A stretch of DNA of 64,000 nucleotides from Clostridiales bacterium (GTDB lineage: Bacteria; Bacillota; Clostridia; Lachnospirales; WRAX01): NCBI GenBank assembly GCA_031265685.1, contig JAISCI010000028.1:31-64030 (forward strand), written 5' to 3'. Positions 53,484 through 64,000 of the stretch are shown here, one piece after another (position 1 is the first letter of the stretch; each line of letters opens with the position of its first letter). Position numbers and translations under genes: made by a program. The notes beneath the pieces were generated by a model. That model ran no database searches. It was given only the letters and a program-made list of their open reading frames with translations, and was not told the DNA's origin.

Positions 53484-55568
53484 TCACGCTTCGTTTTCGG
53501 AATCTTGCGGATTCACACAAAACTCCTCCGATTCGTACTCGGATTCCCGCTCGGCGTCATAAGCTTCGCGTTCCGCGTCGGCAATGGCTCGATCCGCCAG
53601 CTTCTTCGAGAGACTCAGTTTTTTCTTCTCTACGTCAACGTTCGTAACCTGCACCCGCACGAACTGACCAAGCTCCAACTCATCCTCGGGCTTTTCAATG
53701 CGATGCTCGGCGATCTGGGATATGTGGACAAGGCCATCAATGCCATCGGGAAATTCAATGAAAGCGCCGAAGGGCACGAGACGCACTACTTTGCCCTCGA
53801 CAATAGACCCGACCGGATACCGTTCCACGGCGGAATACCACGGATTGTTCTCCTCCGTGCGCAAAGACAGCGAAATCTTTTCCTTATCGCGGTTGATGTT
53901 AATGACCGTAGCCGTAACCTCGTCGCCCTCGCTCAACGCGTCCGAGACGTGTTTGACACGGTTCCACCCCAACTCGGAGATGTGGATAAGCCCGTCTACG
54001 CCGCCCAGATCGACAAACGCGCCGAAATCCGCGATACGGCTCACCTTCCCCGTCACAACGGCGCCAATGTCGAGCGCGTTGAACACAAGCTCTTTCTTCT
54101 CGGCGGCCTGCCTGCGCGCAAGTTCACGCCGGCCCGCGATGACGCGGCGCTTGGATTTATCCACCTCAAGGATATTGAAATCCAGCTCCTGACCGACATA
54201 GGCTCTCGTGTCCTCTACATAACGCCCGGCAATCTGGCTCGAGGGCACAAAAGCCCGAACCTCGTTGATAACCGCGATAAGCCCGCCTTTGACCGCGTCT
54301 ACGACTTTTCCCGTAAAGACACTCTTCTCCGCCACGGCCGCCTCAAACTCATCGAGACTCTTCTGGCTGTCAACGCGCTTCTTCGAGAGCAGGACGTTTC
54401 CCTCGCCGTCGTTGACCCTGATGACAAAGACATCTATCTCGTCGCCGGGTTTAACATAGTCGGCGGGATTCTTGTTCGGATCATCGGAAAACTCAGAGCG
54501 TTGTATCAGCCCGTCGGACTTGAAACCGATATTGACCGAAACCTCGCCGGTCGGGGTGACGGAAATAACCGTACCTCGGATGTAATCGCCTGTATGTAAA
54601 GTGACCAGCGATTCGTTCAGCATCTGCTCAAACTCCGCCTCAGGCACGACGTCAACGCTCGCCTGGGCAATTTCGACATCCGGCGCGCCGCTGTCTTCGG
54701 CGCCTTGTCCGTTGGGGTTCTCAAATTCGCTCATCAGTCTGACAGCCTCCTTTATTATCGCCGGGGGCGTGGAAGCCCCCGCTGTGATACCAATTATATC
54801 CGGGCGGCAAACCGCCGCCCATTCGCGTATCCCGGAAAGCGCCTGCCATATATCCTCTCCAAAGAATACCCGATCCGAGCGTTCCGCGCAAACCTCGGCG
54901 AGCTTCCGCGCGTTTGAGCTGTCGGCGTCGCCAAGTACGACCATAGCGCCGCATTCGGCGGACAACCGCGCGGCTTCGTCCTGCCGCGCGCGCGTAGCGC
55001 CGCATATTGTCTCGCGGCACTCGACAGCAACACCCCTCGCGGACAAAACTTCGGCTATTTCCGCGTACGTGCCGTGTCTCAGCGTGGATTGCGCGAGCAG
55101 TACGCATTCGCCGACATCGGACAGATCGCTCGCCCGCGCTTCATCCGCCGAACCAAAGACGACAGCGCGGCCAGCCCAGCCGATAATCCCGATTACCTCG
55201 GGATGACTCGCGTCCCCGGCGACGATAACCGTCTTGCCGGACACCGAAGCTTCTCGCGCCAATCGTTGGATACCCGCGACGAACGGACATGTGCAGTCAA
55301 TAATATCGACGCCGCGTTTACGCAAATCTTCGTAAACCCGAGGCGGAACGCCGTGACTGCGTATCGCGACGCGCGACCCAACCGGAACGTCCGCCGCCGT
55401 CCGAGCGACACGAACGCCCAATCCCGCCAACCCTTCCGTGACGCGTCTGTTGTGGATGACGCTGCCCAACGTATATATCTTGCCTTTACGCGCTTCATTA
55501 TATACACGCCGCACGGCGGAGCGGACGCCGCCGCAGAAACCGGCGGACATCGCCAGCGAAACTTTCAC
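53484..55568 (-). CDS. ispH: Fusion of 4-hydroxy-3-methylbut-2-enyl diphosphate reductase with 30S ribosomal protein S1
   Basis: The N-terminal IspH part ([17 protein letters not shown]) is followed by four S1 repeats (e.g. [64 protein letters not shown]). Confidence 0.9.
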   Translation of the reverse strand: MKVSLAMSAGFCGGVRSAVRRVYNEARKGKIYTLGSVIHNRRVTEGLAGLGVRVARTAADVPVGSRVAIRSHGVPPRVYEDLRKRGVDIIDCTCPFVAGIQRLAREASVSGKTVIVAGDASHPEVIGIIGWAGRAVVFGSADEARASDLSDVGECVLLAQSTLRHGTYAEIAEVLSARGVAVECRETICGATRARQDEAARLSAECGAMVVLGDADSSNARKLAEVCAERSDRVFFGEDIWQALSGIREWAAVCRPDIIGITAGASTPPAIIKEAVRLMSEFENPNGQGAEDSGAPDVEIAQASVDVVPEAEFEQMLNESLVTLHTGDYIRGTVISVTPTGEVSVNIGFKSDGLIQRSEFSDDPNKNPADYVKPGDEIDVFVIRVNDGEGNVLLSKKRVDSQKSLDEFEAAVAEKSVFTGKVVDAVKGGLIAVINEVRAFVPSSQIAGRYVEDTRAYVGQELDFNILEVDKSKRRVIAGRRELARRQAAEKKELVFNALDIGAVVTGKVSRIADFGAFVDLGGVDGLIHISELGWNRVKHVSDALSEGDEVTATVININRDKEKISLSLRTEENNPWYSAVERYPVGSIVEGKVVRLVPFGAFIEFPDGIDGLVHISQIAEHRIEKPEDELELGQFVRVQVTNVDVEKKKLSLSKKLADRAIADAEREAYDAERESEYESEEFCVNPQDSENEA

Positions 55569-55694
55569 GGCATATCAACTCAATCTTGTTTCATCTCTAT
55601 ATAATACAACTACCTGACACCATAGTCAACAACTTTTTCGGTAGAAAGTCAAATGTTCTAATGTTCTGACATTTTCCCAATATTTTCTTGTTTG

Positions 55695-56282
55695 CTAACT
55701 ATTGCCAAGATTGATAATATCGGACATAATCCGCTCGGCCATAGCCGATATCTCCGCCGAGCCAACGCGCCCGCCCGCCCAATCCGAAAAGTCCACAGGC
55801 TTGCCGAAATCGATAAAAACGCGCGAAAACGGGCGATAGCTCGCCCGGATGAGCACAGGTACGACCGGAGCGCCCGTGCGGTTCGCGAAAAGCGCCGCGC
55901 CGCCCTTCGCCTGATCAGCGGCCAAGCCGCTCTCATACATACGGTGTCCTTGTATAAATATACCGAGAAGCCTGCCGCCCTTAACCGATTTGACGCCGGC
56001 GCGGAACGCCTTTATATCGGAAGCGCCCCGGTCGATCTCAATCGCGCCGAGTTTGCGTAACGCCCAAGCCGCAATCCGGTTCCTGAATAATTCTTTTTTA
56101 GCCAGAAACACGATCTTCCGGCGAACGACCACTCCCAGCGCGATAGGATCCGCCGCGGAGACGTGGTTGGAACATATGATCGCGCCGCCCTCCGACGGTA
56201 TATTCTCAAGCCCCGTTACGCGGAGCCGGTAGACGGCGTGAAACCAAACCCAGACTATCGCTCTGCCGACCGTATACAGCAT
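55695..56282 (-). CDS. plsC: 1-acyl-sn-glycerol-3-phosphate acyltransferase
   Basis: Contains the NHVSAADP (HX4D) motif. 195 aa. Confidence 0.85.
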   Translation of the reverse strand: MLYTVGRAIVWVWFHAVYRLRVTGLENIPSEGGAIICSNHVSAADPIALGVVVRRKIVFLAKKELFRNRIAAWALRKLGAIEIDRGASDIKAFRAGVKSVKGGRLLGIFIQGHRMYESGLAADQAKGGAALFANRTGAPVVPVLIRASYRPFSRVFIDFGKPVDFSDWAGGRVGSAEISAMAERIMSDIINLGNS

Positions 56283-56283
56283 G

Positions 56284-56955
56284 TCAACCGCCCCGCTTTT
56301 CCTCGATTATAGCAGCCGCCGCCGCCAGTACTTCGTCGGCGGACATCGCGCTCGTGTCTATTTCGACGGCGTCCGCCGCTTTCGCCAGCGGCGAGTGCGC
56401 CCTGTGAGTGTCGGCGTAATCCCGGCGCTCAATCTCGCTCAGCGTCTCCGCCGGATCCGACGCTATGCCCTTCGCGGCGTTCTCCGCCGCGCGCCGCGCC
56501 GCGCGAATCCCGGCGCCGGCCGTCAGGAAGAGCTTTACTTCCGCGTCCGGCAAAACAACGGTGCCGATGTCGCGCCCATCAAGCACTACGTCGCGCCCGG
56601 CGGCTATCGCCCGCTGCCGAGCGACCAGTTCCTCACGGATCGCCCGAACCTTGCCCGCCGCGCTGGATGCGTGATCGCCGTCCGGAGTCCGAAGTACCGG
56701 CGTAAAGTCGCGCTCGTTGATAAAAACGCGCTGGCCGTCCGCGCCGAGTTCCACGCGTATATCCATCCCGCGGAGCGCTTCGACTGCCGCCGCGTTATCC
56801 GAGAACGCGGCCCCAAGACCGATCAGGTACAATCCGCAGGCGCGGTACATCGCGCCAGTGTCCAAATGCAGGAAGCCAAAACGCGCCGCCAGCCCCTTCG
56901 CCAGCGTCGATTTGCCGACCCCGGACGGACCGTCTATCGCGACCTTAAACCCCAC
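56284..56955 (-). CDS. cmk: Cytidylate kinase
   Basis: IDGPSGVGKSTLAKGLA...LDTGAMYRA. Confidence 0.95.
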   Translation of the reverse strand: MGFKVAIDGPSGVGKSTLAKGLAARFGFLHLDTGAMYRACGLYLIGLGAAFSDNAAAVEALRGMDIRVELGADGQRVFINERDFTPVLRTPDGDHASSAAGKVRAIREELVARQRAIAAGRDVVLDGRDIGTVVLPDAEVKLFLTAGAGIRAARRAAENAAKGIASDPAETLSEIERRDYADTHRAHSPLAKAADAVEIDTSAMSADEVLAAAAAIIEEKRGG

Positions 56956-58161
56956 CGACGATTCCCCTTCCTATGGCTTCGCCCGCCGCCCAGCCCGTCG
57001 CGAACGCGATCATCAGATTGAATCCGCCCGTCACGGCGTCCAGATCGAGCGTCTCACCGACGAAGTACATCCCCGGCGCGATTTTCGATTCCATCGCGCG
57101 CGGATTGACCTCGTTCGCGGACACGCCGCCGCGCGTTATGATCGCCTCGTCGAACCCGGCCTTGCCGGATACCGATACTCTAAGTCCTTTGAGCGCCGCG
57201 ACAAGCGCCGATCGCTCCGCTCGCGTAACGCCGTTTATCCGGCGCTCGGACGCGATCCCGGCCTGTCCCAGAACCGCCGGGATCAACCGCGCCGGAAGCA
57301 GATCCGTCAGCGCGTTCGCGGCGGTTTTGTTCTTATACAGCCCGAAGTCCCGCAGCGCGCGGGCGTCCAGCGCTTCCGGGGTCAGTGCCGGCTTTAGGTC
57401 TATGAAAAGCTCCGCCGCGCCGTCCGGCATATGGGCGCTCGCGGTAAGTATGATCGGGCCGGAGACGCCCTTCGCCGTGAACAGCATCTCGCCGAACCCG
57501 GAATACGCCTCACGGCCGCCCGACCTCAGCGACACGCGGACATTCCGCAGGCTCAGCCCTTCCGCGTCCGCTATCCACGCGTCGTCCGACAACAGCGGCA
57601 CGAGCGACGGCGATAGCCGCGAGACCGTGTGTCCGACGGACTTCGCGAAGCGGTACCCGTCTCCGGAGGAACCCGTCGCGGGATAACTCCTGCCGCCTGC
57701 CGCGACGACCACCGCCCGCGACGGAATCATCCGCCCTCCGACCGTAACGCCGCCCGGACGCGCGTCCGCGGCGCGCGTATCCGTCATAATCCTGACACCG
57801 TTAGCCCGGCAGTACCCCGCGAGGGCGTCCGCGACGTCGGAGGCTCTGTCCGACGCGGGGAACACCCTGTTTCCGCGCTCTGTCTTAAGCGGTACGCCAA
57901 GCCGCTCGAAAAACGCCATAATCTCCGACGGAGGGAAGCGCCGGATCGCCGAGTTGAGAAAACTGCCGTTCGAGACGCAGTTCGCGACGACCGTCTCCGG
58001 CGGGCAGTTGTTGGCGATATTGCAGCGACCCTTGCCCGTTATGCGCAGCTTGCGCCCCAGAAGAGCGTTGCGCTCGATGAGCAGGACTTCCGCGCCCAGC
58101 TCGGCTGCCCGACCGGCGCACACCATTCCGGACGCGCCGCCCCCAATCACTATGACATCCG

Positions 58162-58165
<4 letters not shown>
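56945..58165 (-). CDS. HI0933-like NAD(P)/FAD-dependent flavoprotein (BaiN/aminoacetone-oxidase family)
   Basis: VIVIGGGASGMVCAGRAAELG...ITGKGRCNIAN...FVGETLDLDAVTGGFNL. Confidence 0.85.
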
Positions 58166-59748
<1,583 letters not shown>

Positions 59749-59763
59749 TTCGTCGTCTCCTTC

Positions 59764-59931
59764 ATACTAACGCCACTTAGATTTGCGCCGAATATTTTTT
59801 TGAGCTTGCGTGTCCGCGCGGATCTGAATTTTGCCTGGAAGAATTTTTCTTGATCACGCAACATTCTATCGCGCAAAATTCCAGGCGCGGACCGAAAAAA
59901 TATTCGGCGTCCTTTAGAGTGGAATTAGTAT
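59764..59931 (+). mobile_element. TIR-bounded non-coding element, copy B
   Basis: ATACTAACGCCACTTAGATTTGCGCCGAATATTTTTTTGAGCTTGCGTGTCCG ... GACCGAAAAAATATTCGGCGTCCTTTAGAGTGGAATTAGTAT, with an internal X hairpin at 59826-59881. It lies between two co-directional genes. Confidence 0.8.
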
Positions 59932-60449
59932 CAGATGTCGGCGGGGCGGTAGATCCCGTCGCCGTATACTGCGATTATGGAAGCGTCAACTATATCGCCG
60001 CTGATCGTCAGCGCCGCGTAGGTTGGCGCGGGGAAACCTCTCGGCCGGGACAGGCTGCCCGGATTGACCGTCAGGAGACCGCCGCCGCGCTCGATCACCG
60101 GGAAATGCGTATGACCGAAGAGACAGACGTCCGCGCCGCGCTCCAAGGCGGCGTAATACAGCCGTGTCGTGTCGCCCGCCGATACGCCGTACCGATGTCC
60201 GTGCGTCATAAAAACGACATGCCCGTCCGCCGGGATGGCAAGCCAGTCCCGATACGCCGGATCGCTCCCGTCACAGTTGCCGCGAACGGCGAACACCTCC
60301 GACCCCGGCGCGGCGGACGCCGCCGCCAGCGAATCCGGCGCGCAGTCCCCCAAGTGCAGAATCATATCGAACCCGCCCCGCGCGGCGCGGATTATCTTCA
60401 CCAGCGACGACGTTTCGCGGTGCGTGTCCGATACCACGAGAATTCTCAC
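59931..60449 (-). CDS. YfcE/MJ0936-family metallophosphoesterase
   Basis: The start is GTG. MRILVVSDTHRE...LHLGDC...GNCD...HGH...GHTH. Confidence 0.85.
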   Translation of the reverse strand: MRILVVSDTHRETSSLVKIIRAARGGFDMILHLGDCAPDSLAAASAAPGSEVFAVRGNCDGSDPAYRDWLAIPADGHVVFMTHGHRYGVSAGDTTRLYYAALERGADVCLFGHTHFPVIERGGGLLTVNPGSLSRPRGFPAPTYAALTISGDIVDASIIAVYGDGIYRPADI

Positions 60450-61039
60450 GGCGATCCGCCCGCGATCCTGGCCAGCATTTTTCGCAGCGCCTTCCCGCGG
60501 TGACTCACGGCATCCTTCTCGGCGGGGGAAAGCTCGGCGGCGGTTTTACCCAGCTCCGGGATAAGAAAAATCGGATCGTAACCGAAACCGCCGCCGCCCG
60601 ACGGTTCTTTCGCGATAACCCCGGCGACCTCGCCCGTTTCGGTTATGACGGTCCCGTCCGGCGCGGAGAGCGCGATGACGCAGACGAACCGCGCGCCGCG
60701 CCCTTCCTCCCCCGTGCCCTCAAGCAACCGGATGATTTCGGCGTTCTTTACCGAATATGGCGTGTCCTCGCCCATGAACCGCGCGGACAGCGCGCCGGGC
60801 GCTCCGCCCAGATAATCGACGCAAAGCCCCGAATCATCGGCCAGCGCGTACCGCCCGGTCGCCCGCGCGGCGGCGAGCGCCTTGATCGCGGCGTTCTCGG
60901 CGAACGTCGCTCCGTCCTCCGCTATATCAAGGTCGGCGCCCGCGTCTTTCATCGACACGAAAGCGACGCCCGAACCCGCGGCGATACGGCGTAATTCTTC
61001 CAGCTTATGGGCGTTACCGGTCGCGAATACATATTCCAT
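60446..61039 (-). CDS. rdgB: Non-canonical purine NTP pyrophosphatase (RdgB/HAM1)
   Basis: FATGNAHKLEE...GGFGYDPIF...SHRGKAL. Confidence 0.9.
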   Translation of the reverse strand: MEYVFATGNAHKLEELRRIAAGSGVAFVSMKDAGADLDIAEDGATFAENAAIKALAAARATGRYALADDSGLCVDYLGGAPGALSARFMGEDTPYSVKNAEIIRLLEGTGEEGRGARFVCVIALSAPDGTVITETGEVAGVIAKEPSGGGGFGYDPIFLIPELGKTAAELSPAEKDAVSHRGKALRKMLARIAGGSP

Positions 61040-61042
61040 CGC

Positions 61043-61594
61043 TTACGCCCCCGGCTCGATAAGGCCGTAGCCGTCGGAACGCCTGTAGACCACGTTCACC
61101 TCGTCGGTGTCGGCGTTGCGGAATACGAAGAAACCGTGGCCGAGCAGTTCCATCTCCATAACGGCCTCCTCGGGATCCATCGGCTTGATCGAAATCCGCT
61201 TGGATTTGCGTATGACAGGCTCGTCCGGTTCGTCGTCGTATGGCTCTGCCTGGAACGCGAACCGCAACTCTTCCTTCGCGGCGGAGGCCTGCAACGCTCC
61301 CCGGCGCGCGCGGTCGCTCAGCCGCTTCTTATATTTGACCATCTGTCTGTCCAGGGAATCCACCACTATATCGATGGCGGCGTACGCGTCCCGCGCGGAC
61401 GCTTCGGCGCGGAGAACGCGCTTTTTCAGCGGCACGGTTATCTCCACCTTGAAATCAATCTTGCCCGAAGACAGCGTAACAAATATCTCGCTGTTTTCAG
61501 GCAATACGCGCGAAACGCGCCCGATCTTCTTCTCAACCTGCTCCTTCACGCGTTCGGATACCGCGACGTTCTTGCCGGAATAATTAAATTTCAT
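61043..61594 (-). CDS. hpf: Ribosome hibernation promoting factor, long form
   Basis: MKFNYSGKNVAVSERVKEQVEKKIGRV... plus the C-terminal dimerisation domain KPMDPEEAVMEMELLGHGFFVFRNADTDEVNVVYRRSDGYGLIEP. Confidence 0.9.
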   Translation of the reverse strand: MKFNYSGKNVAVSERVKEQVEKKIGRVSRVLPENSEIFVTLSSGKIDFKVEITVPLKKRVLRAEASARDAYAAIDIVVDSLDRQMVKYKKRLSDRARRGALQASAAKEELRFAFQAEPYDDEPDEPVIRKSKRISIKPMDPEEAVMEMELLGHGFFVFRNADTDEVNVVYRRSDGYGLIEPGA

Positions 61595-61614
61595 AAAATC
61601 GCCCTTCCTTATTT

Positions 61615-61780
61615 AGAACCTGTATTCATTAGTGGAATCGGCGGATTTTCGCGATGATTTCCTGCCGGGCGAGGAAGCGGAAAACGCCGCGTACTCAGAG
61701 AGTACGCAAGTTTTTGGCTGACGGTCAACGACGGGAAATCAGCCGAAAAGACGTCGATTCCATCTATGAATACAGGTTCT
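61615..61780. mobile_element. F-type inverted-repeat element, the uninterrupted copy
   Basis: Left arm AGAACCTGTATTCATTAGTGGAATCGGCGGATTTTCG and right arm CGAAAAGACGTCGATTCCATCTATGAATACAGGTTCT are ~37-nt imperfect inverted repeats. There is an internal 8-bp hairpin, GCGTACTC-AGA-GAGTACGC. The right arm encodes the last 6 codons of the DUF4330 gene. Confidence 0.75.
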
Positions 61781-62258
61781 TAGAATGCACATCGTCAATA
61801 ATACCCTGGACGACGATCCAGCGCGTCATGAACGGTATCTCCGATCCGGCCTTCAGCTCGTAGTTGCCGCCGGAATAATACGCCGCGCCGGTCTCTCGCC
61901 CCTCCGTCTCTATATCGACATAAACCGTGATAAGATCCGGAACCGGCGCGAAAACGACGCTGCCGTCCTCCAGAATCGTGCGCTGCTCAAACTGTTCCTG
62001 CCGGACGCCGGCGATAGCGCCGATCGCCTCCTCGGTCTTGCGGTCGAAGCAGAGGTCGCCCGGATGATAGTAATCAAACGTGAACGCGCGGACGCCCTCG
62101 ACGCGCAGGGTGTAGACGATCGTCGCCCTGTTCTGGCCGGACGCGGTCTCGGGGGATGTAAATTTATAAATCCCGCCGGCGATCACCCCGAGGACGACTA
62201 TAAGCACGAATATATCGATAAGGCTGACATTACCGAACAATTTGCCCTGTTTTATCAT
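61764..62258 (-). CDS. DUF4330-like membrane-anchored protein
   Basis: The N-terminus GKLFGNVSLIDIFVLIVVLGVIAGGIY forms a TM anchor. It is a paralog of the upstream gene. Confidence 0.6.
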   Translation of the reverse strand: MIKQGKLFGNVSLIDIFVLIVVLGVIAGGIYKFTSPETASGQNRATIVYTLRVEGVRAFTFDYYHPGDLCFDRKTEEAIGAIAGVRQEQFEQRTILEDGSVVFAPVPDLITVYVDIETEGRETGAAYYSGGNYELKAGSEIPFMTRWIVVQGIIDDVHSKNLYS

Positions 62259-62261
62259 TCC

Positions 62262-62744
62262 TTAGTCCTCCCGCAGTTCGACGATGTAGCCCGTGCCGGC
62301 GTATCCCTTGCCTTTTATGCTCGTCTCGCGGCCGATCTTGACGGCGATCTCCCCGGCGTATATCGCGCGCTCGTTCATAACGCCGTCCGCGGCTATTTCC
62401 ACCCTGACGGTTTTCCTCCCCGGCACGACCGATTTAACGTATGCCTCCGTCCGCGAGTCCCAGTTGTTCAGAACGTACTCTTCGGGCCGGACGTCCGACA
62501 CCTTACCGAGGTAGTACCCTTTTACGCTGTCTTTTATGTCGTCGCCGACGCGTATCTTGCCAATAAACTCGTCCGTGACGTCGTTCAGCTCGACGGTGAA
62601 ATGGATCGGCCCGCGCTCGCCGCCAAGCGCCCCGCCCGAAACATACCGCCACGCGACGAACCCCGCCGCGGCAACGGCCAGAATTATGATAATATCCAAG
62701 AGGTTAAGCGCGCCGAACAGCCTGCCGTCCCTGACAATTTTCAC
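62262..62744 (-). CDS. DUF4330-like membrane-anchored protein
   Basis: The start is GTG. GRLFGALNLLDIIIILAVAAAGFVAW forms a TM anchor. It overlaps the stop codon of the upstream ligase-like gene. Confidence 0.6.
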   Translation of the reverse strand: MKIVRDGRLFGALNLLDIIIILAVAAAGFVAWRYVSGGALGGERGPIHFTVELNDVTDEFIGKIRVGDDIKDSVKGYYLGKVSDVRPEEYVLNNWDSRTEAYVKSVVPGRKTVRVEIAADGVMNERAIYAGEIAVKIGRETSIKGKGYAGTGYIVELRED

Positions 62745-64000
62745 GCGGTATCCTCCTTCCCCGAAATCGGCGCCCCGGCGGACATCGCCGCCATCAGCCA
62801 GAAAAACATCACTACGCGATAGTTGAACCAGACGTTATCCGTAAGCCCCTGAACAAGAAAACCGAACATTCCCGCGGCGGCCGCGGCAAGCACCGCCCCG
62901 GCGCGGTCCCTTCCGCCGACGCGCGCCCGCGAGAATATATCCTTAAAGAACACCGCGAGAAACGCCAGTAGCGCGATCAGGCCCCATACGCCCGTATCGA
63001 TTATCACCTGCAGGAACAAGTTGTGCGAATGCGGCGCGTTGACGGCGTTGTAGGCGTACTTGCCGTATACGTATATGAAGGTTTTCGTGCCCATACCTAT
63101 ACCGATCGGCCAAAACACGCCGATCATAGTAAGCGACGCCATCCAGATATTGACGCGGTAGCTGGTCGAACCGTCGGACATATTGCCGATCGAGGTAAAC
63201 CGCTCGATTATGTCCGGAGGCAGTATGAACGGCGCGGCCAGCAACGCCGGTACCGCCAGCCACACAAGCCGCCTGTCGTACACGAGCGCGAACAGCGCCA
63301 GCGCGGCCAGCAGCCCAAGCCACGCCCCGCGCGACTGCGTAAGCGCCATGCAATACGCCGAAAGCCCAAGCGCGGAGACCACCAGCAGCTTGTTAAGCGG
63401 CCTTTTGAAGAAGTACAGACCCGCGAACGACGCCGTCACCGAGAAGATCAGGAACTCGCCCAGCACGTTCGGGTTCTCGAGCGTCGAGTATACGCGGTTA
63501 GCCGACCCGAACATATCCTCGTCGAGCCAGGCCTCGTTGACGGCGAAGCTGCCCGTAAGTTTCTGGTATATGCCGTAGAGCGACACCAGCGCCCCCGCCG
63601 CGACGACCAGCGACATGACGGCGCGCAGACGGTTCTCGGTGTTAAGGCAGTGCCGCGCGGCTATATATAACAGTATGAACAGGACGTATGTCGAAACCGT
63701 CACGGCGCTGTCCACGGGAAAGTATGACAGCGCGGCGCCGGCAATCATTATCAGCGCGAACAGCAGGGCGAACAAATCCTGCAGCCGGAAGGCGAGCCGC
63801 GCCTTGCCCGTCGCCATCAGCTGAACCGCGAACGCGAGAACCGTCAGCGCCGATATGGCCAGCATTATCTTGGTCGGCAGTATCGCCGCGAAGAATACCG
63901 ACGCGTATACGCCGATAAGCGCCAAATCGGTCTCCCGGGAGAGCGACAGCAGGGCGCTGGACGAGGACAGACGCTCGAGCTTTGCGGACGACGCGGCGAA
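62741..64000 (-). CDS. O-antigen ligase / Wzy_C-domain polytopic membrane protein; the 5' end probably lies beyond the window
   Basis: Ten or more TM helices, with a loop containing PHSHNLFLQVIIDTG. The reading frame stays open from TTG 63925 to the window edge. Confidence 0.7.
   Translation of the reverse strand, partial: FAASSAKLERLSSSSALLSLSRETDLALIGVYASVFFAAILPTKIMLAISALTVLAFAVQLMATGKARLAFRLQDLFALLFALIMIAGAALSYFPVDSAVTVSTYVLFILLYIAARHCLNTENRLRAVMSLVVAAGALVSLYGIYQKLTGSFAVNEAWLDEDMFGSANRVYSTLENPNVLGEFLIFSVTASFAGLYFFKRPLNKLLVVSALGLSAYCMALTQSRGAWLGLLAALALFALVYDRRLVWLAVPALLAAPFILPPDIIERFTSIGNMSDGSTSYRVNIWMASLTMIGVFWPIGIGMGTKTFIYVYGKYAYNAVNAPHSHNLFLQVIIDTGVWGLIALLAFLAVFFKDIFSRARVGGRDRAGAVLAAAAAGMFGFLVQGLTDNVWFNYRVVMFFWLMAAMSAGAPISGKEDTA

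Noticed and set aside
52221-54599. 792-aa plus-strand ORF antisense to paaK and ispH-rpsA. Similar long antisense ORFs occur at 12162-13319, 30915-32228, 35283-36347, 40991-42349 and 50353-51639.
   Set aside because: The reason is the same. None has family signatures, all have biased R/H/G/D composition, and every one overlaps a strongly supported gene on the other strand.

Overview
This is a GC-rich chromosomal segment from an endospore-forming Firmicute, Clostridia-like by gene content (gpr, cotF-like pair, sigG, CIRCE-groESL, IspH-S1 fusion, SLH wall protein). Layout, left to right:
- 1-1.6 kb: a decayed prophage and DNA-methylase remnant.
- 2-5 kb: ispF, two spore-coat genes and gpr.
- 5.8-8.3 kb: an IbrA/IbrB-like PAPS-reductase + ParB pair and a GyrI-like gene.
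- 8.5-19.2 kb: a 12-gene minus-strand operon (GntR regulator, ECF transporter S/T/A/A', two TrpF-like isomerases, PfkB kinase, nucleoside hydrolase, EamA transporter, HAD phosphatase, Fe-ADH). I cannot assign it to a known pathway.
- 19.7-28 kb: a core block of yceD-rpmF-plsX-acp-rnc, DUF218, groESL, LCP and nspC.
- 28-30.4 kb: a CAP-domain protein and an FtsH paralog without transmembrane segments.
- 30.7-39.8 kb: a cell-envelope locus (frameshifted FrhB-like gene, polysaccharide pyruvyl transferase, GtrB/CsbB-like GT2, flippase, YfhO, SLH protein).
- 41-43.6 kb: two HtrA paralogs.
- 43.6-46.4 kb: an AT-richer decayed island.
- 46.4-64 kb: TetR, a PucR-like fragment, sigG, paaK-iorAB, ispH-rpsA, plsC, cmk, a flavoprotein, gpmI, yfcE-like, rdgB, hpf, two DUF4330 genes and an O-antigen-ligase-like gene that runs off the right edge.

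The most unusual content is non-coding.
- A hierarchical family of palindromic elements is built from two 9-nt stem words. It shows compensatory stem substitutions, defined inverted termini, nested insertions, in-frame insertions into genes, and copies bracketing genes.
- Two homopolymeric G tracts sit in the surface locus. G9 breaks the FrhB-like ORF, and G11 forms part of the spacer of a near-consensus promoter upstream of the SLH gene.

No rRNA, tRNA, CRISPR array or transposase gene was seen. All calls come from reading the sequence and ORF translations by eye; no searches were run.
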